DNA from: an uncultured Nitrospiraceae bacterium
GTDB lineage: Bacteria; Nitrospirota; Thermodesulfovibrionia; Thermodesulfovibrionales; Dissulfurispiraceae
Direction of reading: 5' to 3'
Assembly: GCA_963705105.1 (NCBI GenBank)
Contig: CAVPIW010000008.1
Span: forward strand, 48,585-112,584
DNA: 64,000 nucleotides
Below, one piece after another: positions 60,119 to 64,000 of this stretch (position 1 is its first letter; each line of letters starts with the position of its first letter). Position numbers and translations under genes: made by a program. The notes below the pieces were generated by a model, which saw only the letters and a list, made by a program, of their open reading frames with translations, searched no databases and was not told where the DNA came from.

Positions 60119-62275
60119 ATGGATCTCCTTTCCCTTGACAGAGGACTCTTCTATCTCATCAACGGGGGCATGGCTAATGCCTTTTTTAACGCCCTGATGC
60201 CGGTCATCACGGACAAGGGGTATCTCCTTATGATCCCCTATCTCCTCGTCCTATTCGGAAAGGCTCACCGGGAAAAGGAAAAGGACGGTTCGGCGCTGCT
60301 GCGGACCGCCTTTTCTGCCCTTATCCTCTCCCTTTTCGCCATTCTCCTCTCGGACTGGCTGTCCCATGAGCTGAAACACATCGTCGGGAGGCCCCGACCG
60401 TGCAAAGTCCTGGAGGGTGTGCATCTCCTCGTCGGCTGCACAGGGTCCGGTTCGATGCCGTCGAACCATGCGACAAACTCCTTTGCCGTTGCCCTGACCC
60501 TCGGAGGTCTCCTGTGCCGGTCCGTCTCTCCTTTGCTGATCTCATTGCCCCTTCTTCTCGCCGGGCTGATCGCCTTCTCCCGGATATCCGTGGGCGTCCA
60601 CTATCCCTCCGATGTCCTTGCCGGTGCGCTCATGGGGGGGCTGATCGCACTGTTCATGATCCGGTCATTCCGGCGGACCGTCGTCAGTTACAGGGAGAGG
60701 CCATACAGGACCGTCGTGATCGTCAGCCTGCTCATCATCAGCGTGTTCAGGGTCTACTATATTCTCCATGGTCCCCTCGATCTGAGCCCTGACGAGGCGC
60801 ATTACTGGGAATGGTCAAGGATGCCCGATCTCAGCTATTACTCGAAGGGACCCATGATCGCTTATATCATTCACGCCGGAACGGCCCTGCTCGGAGACAC
60901 CGTCATCGGCGTCCGCTGGCCGGCGGTCATCTTCTCGGCCCTGAGCAGCCTCTGCCTCTTCAGGCTCGGGACTGCCCTGTACGCTAGCGAGGCCGCCGGC
61001 GCCGGGGCAGCGCTCCTCTTTCAGGCCATCCCGCTCTATGCCCCCTTCGGCGTTCTTCTGACCATCGACTCTCCTTTCCTTTTCTTCTGGATCCTCTCTC
61101 TGCTTCTTTTCTGGGAGACCGTCGGCGGCGGGAACAATGCCGGAAAGGGCAGGGAGGCATCCCGTCGCTCCCGGGGCGAAGACCCGGGTCTCCTCCGTTG
61201 GTCCCTCCTGGGACTCTCCGTCGGCCTCGGTCTTCTCACGAAATACACCATGGCGTTCTTTTTTCCCTGCGCCCTGCTCCTCCTCGTCCTGTCGGAAAAA
61301 CGGCATCTCCTGAAACGGCCCGGTCCCTACTGGTCGGCGGTCCTGAGCCTCCTCGTCTTCAGTCCCGTCATCATCTGGAACAACCAGCACGGGTGGGTGA
61401 CCCTGAAACACACGGCCGGTCAGGCCCATGTCTCCGAGGGGCTGCAGTTTTCGTTGAAATATTTCTTTGAATTCGCCGGATCACAGCTCGGCGTCGTGAC
61501 ACCCATCATCTTCGTGCTGATCATCATCGCACTCTTCAGGTTGAGAAAAGGGGAGCCTCGATTGCAGAGCCTCTTCCTCCTTGCCTTTTCGGTGCCCGTC
61601 ATCGGGTTCTTCATGCTCAAGAGCATGCAGGGAAAGGTCCAGGCAAACTGGGCCATGACAGGGTACATCACGGGGATTATCGCCCTTGCCGGGCTCCTGG
61701 CCCGGGAATTTGCCGCAGGGCGGGGCGGATGGGCGGGTACGAGCAGACTCGTGAAGGGCGGATGTATCGGCGCAGGCCTCGCCCTCCTCCTCACTGCTCT
61801 CAGTCACTATCCTCAGGTTTTGGACCTGCCGCCGAAGCTTGACCCATCGTCGCGCCTCCGGGGCTGGGAGCAGCTCGGCGCGGAGGTCACAAGGCTGTCG
61901 GGACTCTTTCATGGGGAGACCCCGGTTTTCCTGTTTTCGGACAGCTATCAGGTCGCGAGCGAGCTTGCTTTTTACGTAAAGGGGCAGCCGAGGACATACT
62001 GCATCAATCTCGGCAGGAGGATGAATCAGTATGACCTCTGGCCCGACATGAACACGGCGGCGGATGCGGAGAGACGGTCGGGACGGCCGGTCATCCACGG
62101 CATCCTGGTCCGGATGGGTGACTCCGGCATGCCGCCCCTCGTATCGCAGGCCTTTGAAAAAACCGAGAAGAAACGGTTCGCCGTCTATGAGGGAAAACGG
62201 CTCCTGAGGGAATATTCCCTGTTCATCTGTTATAATTTTAAGGGCTTTTCCCTCGAAAAGCCGGACACATATTAA
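60119..62275 (+). CDS. PAP2 phosphatase fused to GT39/ArnT-like glycosyltransferase
   Basis: K..VGRPRP, SMPSNH, SR..VGVHYPSDV; DEAHYWEWS..YYSKGP, TID.P, GLGLL.KY. Confidence 0.88.
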   Translation: MDLLSLDRGLFYLINGGMANAFFNALMPVITDKGYLLMIPYLLVLFGKAHREKEKDGSALLRTAFSALILSLFAILLSDWLSHELKHIVGRPRPCKVLEGVHLLVGCTGSGSMPSNHATNSFAVALTLGGLLCRSVSPLLISLPLLLAGLIAFSRISVGVHYPSDVLAGALMGGLIALFMIRSFRRTVVSYRERPYRTVVIVSLLIISVFRVYYILHGPLDLSPDEAHYWEWSRMPDLSYYSKGPMIAYIIHAGTALLGDTVIGVRWPAVIFSALSSLCLFRLGTALYASEAAGAGAALLFQAIPLYAPFGVLLTIDSPFLFFWILSLLLFWETVGGGNNAGKGREASRRSRGEDPGLLRWSLLGLSVGLGLLTKYTMAFFFPCALLLLVLSEKRHLLKRPGPYWSAVLSLLVFSPVIIWNNQHGWVTLKHTAGQAHVSEGLQFSLKYFFEFAGSQLGVVTPIIFVLIIIALFRLRKGEPRLQSLFLLAFSVPVIGFFMLKSMQGKVQANWAMTGYITGIIALAGLLAREFAAGRGGWAGTSRLVKGGCIGAGLALLLTALSHYPQVLDLPPKLDPSSRLRGWEQLGAEVTRLSGLFHGETPVFLFSDSYQVASELAFYVKGQPRTYCINLGRRMNQYDLWPDMNTAADAERRSGRPVIHGILVRMGDSGMPPLVSQAFEKTEKKRFAVYEGKRLLREYSLFICYNFKGFSLEKPDTY

Positions 62276-62302
62276 ACTGCACGATTCACAAGCGCCGGGT
62301 GT

Positions 62303-63274
62303 ATGCTTCATCCGGATCAGGAGAAAACGGTGACTGTTTCGGTCGTCATTCCGCTCTTTAATGAGGAAGAAAATGTCGAGGTCCTCCATGAAAGGCTGAA
62401 GGAGGTGCTGACGGGACTCGGAACGGAATATGAGATCATCTATGTCGATGACGGCAGCGGCGACAAGACCCTGTCACTCCTCGAAAATATCCAGAAGGAT
62501 GACAGGTCTGTGGTGATCCTCAGCCTGAGGAGGAATTTCGGGCAGACCGCCGCCTTCGCCGCAGGATTCGACTTCGCCAGGGGCGACATCGTGATCACCA
62601 TGGACGGCGACCTGCAGAACGATCCGAAGGACATCCCCCGCCTCATCGGGATGATGAAAAACTACGACCTCGTGAGCGGGTGGCGCAGAAAGCGGAAGGA
62701 CACATTCCTGACGCGCAGACTCCCCTCGATCATCGCCAACTGGCTCATCAGCAGGGTCACCGGAGTGAGGCTCCATGACTACGGGTGCTCCCTCAAGGCA
62801 TACCGGAGGGATGTGGTGAAGAATCTCAGGCTTTACGGAGAGATGCACCGGTTCATCCCGGCCGTGGCGAGCTGGTACGGTGTGCGGATCGGCGAAATCG
62901 AAACCACCCACCATCCCCGCCTCAGGGGCAAGTCCAAATACGGCATTTCACGGACGATCAAGGTCCTCCTCGACCTCGTGACGGTCAAGTTCCTCCAGAG
63001 CTTCTCGACAAAACCGATCCAGTTTTTCGGCCCCATGGGTGTCCTCTTCGGACTCTCCGGGTTCGGGATATCCCTCTACCTCACCCTCGAAAAGCTGATC
63101 AGGGGCATCGATATCGGCGGCAGGCCGCTCCTGTTGCTCGGCGTCCTGCTGATCATCGTCGGCGTCCAGTTCATCGGCATGGGGCTCCTCGGGGAGATGC
63201 TCGTGAGGGTCTATCATGAAAGCCAGAAGAAACCCATCTACACGATAAAGAGAATCATTGGACCAGGCGCATAG
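62303..63274 (+). CDS. Glycosyltransferase family 2 (ArnC/DPM-like)
   Basis: SVVIP.FNEE, VDDGS.D, RNFGQ, MDGDLQNDP, two C-terminal TM helices. Confidence 0.92.
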   Translation: MLHPDQEKTVTVSVVIPLFNEEENVEVLHERLKEVLTGLGTEYEIIYVDDGSGDKTLSLLENIQKDDRSVVILSLRRNFGQTAAFAAGFDFARGDIVITMDGDLQNDPKDIPRLIGMMKNYDLVSGWRRKRKDTFLTRRLPSIIANWLISRVTGVRLHDYGCSLKAYRRDVVKNLRLYGEMHRFIPAVASWYGVRIGEIETTHHPRLRGKSKYGISRTIKVLLDLVTVKFLQSFSTKPIQFFGPMGVLFGLSGFGISLYLTLEKLIRGIDIGGRPLLLLGVLLIIVGVQFIGMGLLGEMLVRVYHESQKKPIYTIKRIIGPGA

Positions 63275-64000
63275 TCGGACCAGGCAGGCGGCCCTCGTCG
63301 TTCTCAAAGTCGCCGTCAGTACATTTCTTATCGCATTCCTGCTGTCGAGAATCGGGGGCAAGGTCGTCATCAGCCAGATCATGCTCTCGGACCCCGTCGC
63401 TTTTATCGCGTCCGCATTCATGTATCTGGCCGCCTCATATGTCTCCACCCTTCGATGGAAACTCTTCATCCCCTGTGATATTCCGCCGCCGAGGCTCTTT
63501 TCCATGTATATGATCGGGGCCTTTTTCAACACATGCATGCCCGGCATCATCGGGGGGGACGCGGTCAAGGCTTTTTACCTCAGCAGGGCCGTCAGGGAGC
63601 TGTCCGAAGGGCAGAAAGAAGTCGCTCAGGGAGAGAGGAAGCATGAAGGCGGCGAGACGCCCGGTGACTGGAACGTGATTGCTGTGGCGTCGACGTTCTT
63701 CGACCGCTATGTCGGCCTCAGTGCGCTCATTGCCATCAATATCGTCGCCTATCCCTTCGGGTACTCAATCCTCAGGGACACACCGTTCCGGTGGTTTCCG
63801 CCGATTCTCTTTCTTCTCTTTCTCATCGGCAGCGGCGTGCTTTTCGGTGCGAAGCTCGGCGGGAGGTTCGATTTCCTGCGGAAAACATACCAATATTTTG
63901 ACAGCTACCGGTCCTCAAAGGTGCTCATGAAGTCTTTCCTGTTATCCCTTGTCGTTCAAGCCTTGGGGATTCTCTCGGCATTCGTGATTGCAAGAGGCCT
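63258..64000 (+). CDS. Lysylphosphatidylglycerol-synthase TM / flippase-like protein (runs off window)
   Basis: Manual translation from TTG: LKVAVS..LRWK..FFNTCMPGIIGGDAVKAFYL..DRYVGL. Confidence 0.85.
   Translation, partial: MDQAHSRTRQAALVVLKVAVSTFLIAFLLSRIGGKVVISQIMLSDPVAFIASAFMYLAASYVSTLRWKLFIPCDIPPPRLFSMYMIGAFFNTCMPGIIGGDAVKAFYLSRAVRELSEGQKEVAQGERKHEGGETPGDWNVIAVASTFFDRYVGLSALIAINIVAYPFGYSILRDTPFRWFPPILFLLFLIGSGVLFGAKLGGRFDFLRKTYQYFDSYRSSKVLMKSFLLSLVVQALGILSAFVIARG

Overview
A GC-rich bacterial chromosome segment. The gene set and protein styles suggest an anaerobic Nitrospirota/Desulfobacterota-like organism, but this is inference only. Housekeeping blocks include aroF, tonB, coaX-birA, a polA split into two ORFs, tRNA-Leu, an AhpF/TrxB-like reductase, mfd, nadB, osmC-mqnB and a PAP2-GT39/GT2/flippase envelope operon. 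These alternate with accessory blocks: secreted PKD/PPC/Ig-repeat proteins, a sigma54-preceded diheme cytochrome on an Ig stalk, a cfa/DUF1365/FAD-oxidoreductase lipid-modification cluster, a BrnT-like toxin-antitoxin pair, an IS1634 element, and a B12-radical SAM gene with a Nif11-like candidate precursor peptide. The most striking non-coding signal is a ~213-285 bp interspersed repeat with 8 near-complete and 4 partial copies. Its two arms pair into a long rod, show compensatory base changes between copies, have no target duplications, and bracket accessory genes. Several genes appear to be leaderless. No CRISPR array, rRNA, integrase or reverse transcriptase was seen. All family assignments come from motif recognition by eye, not database searches.
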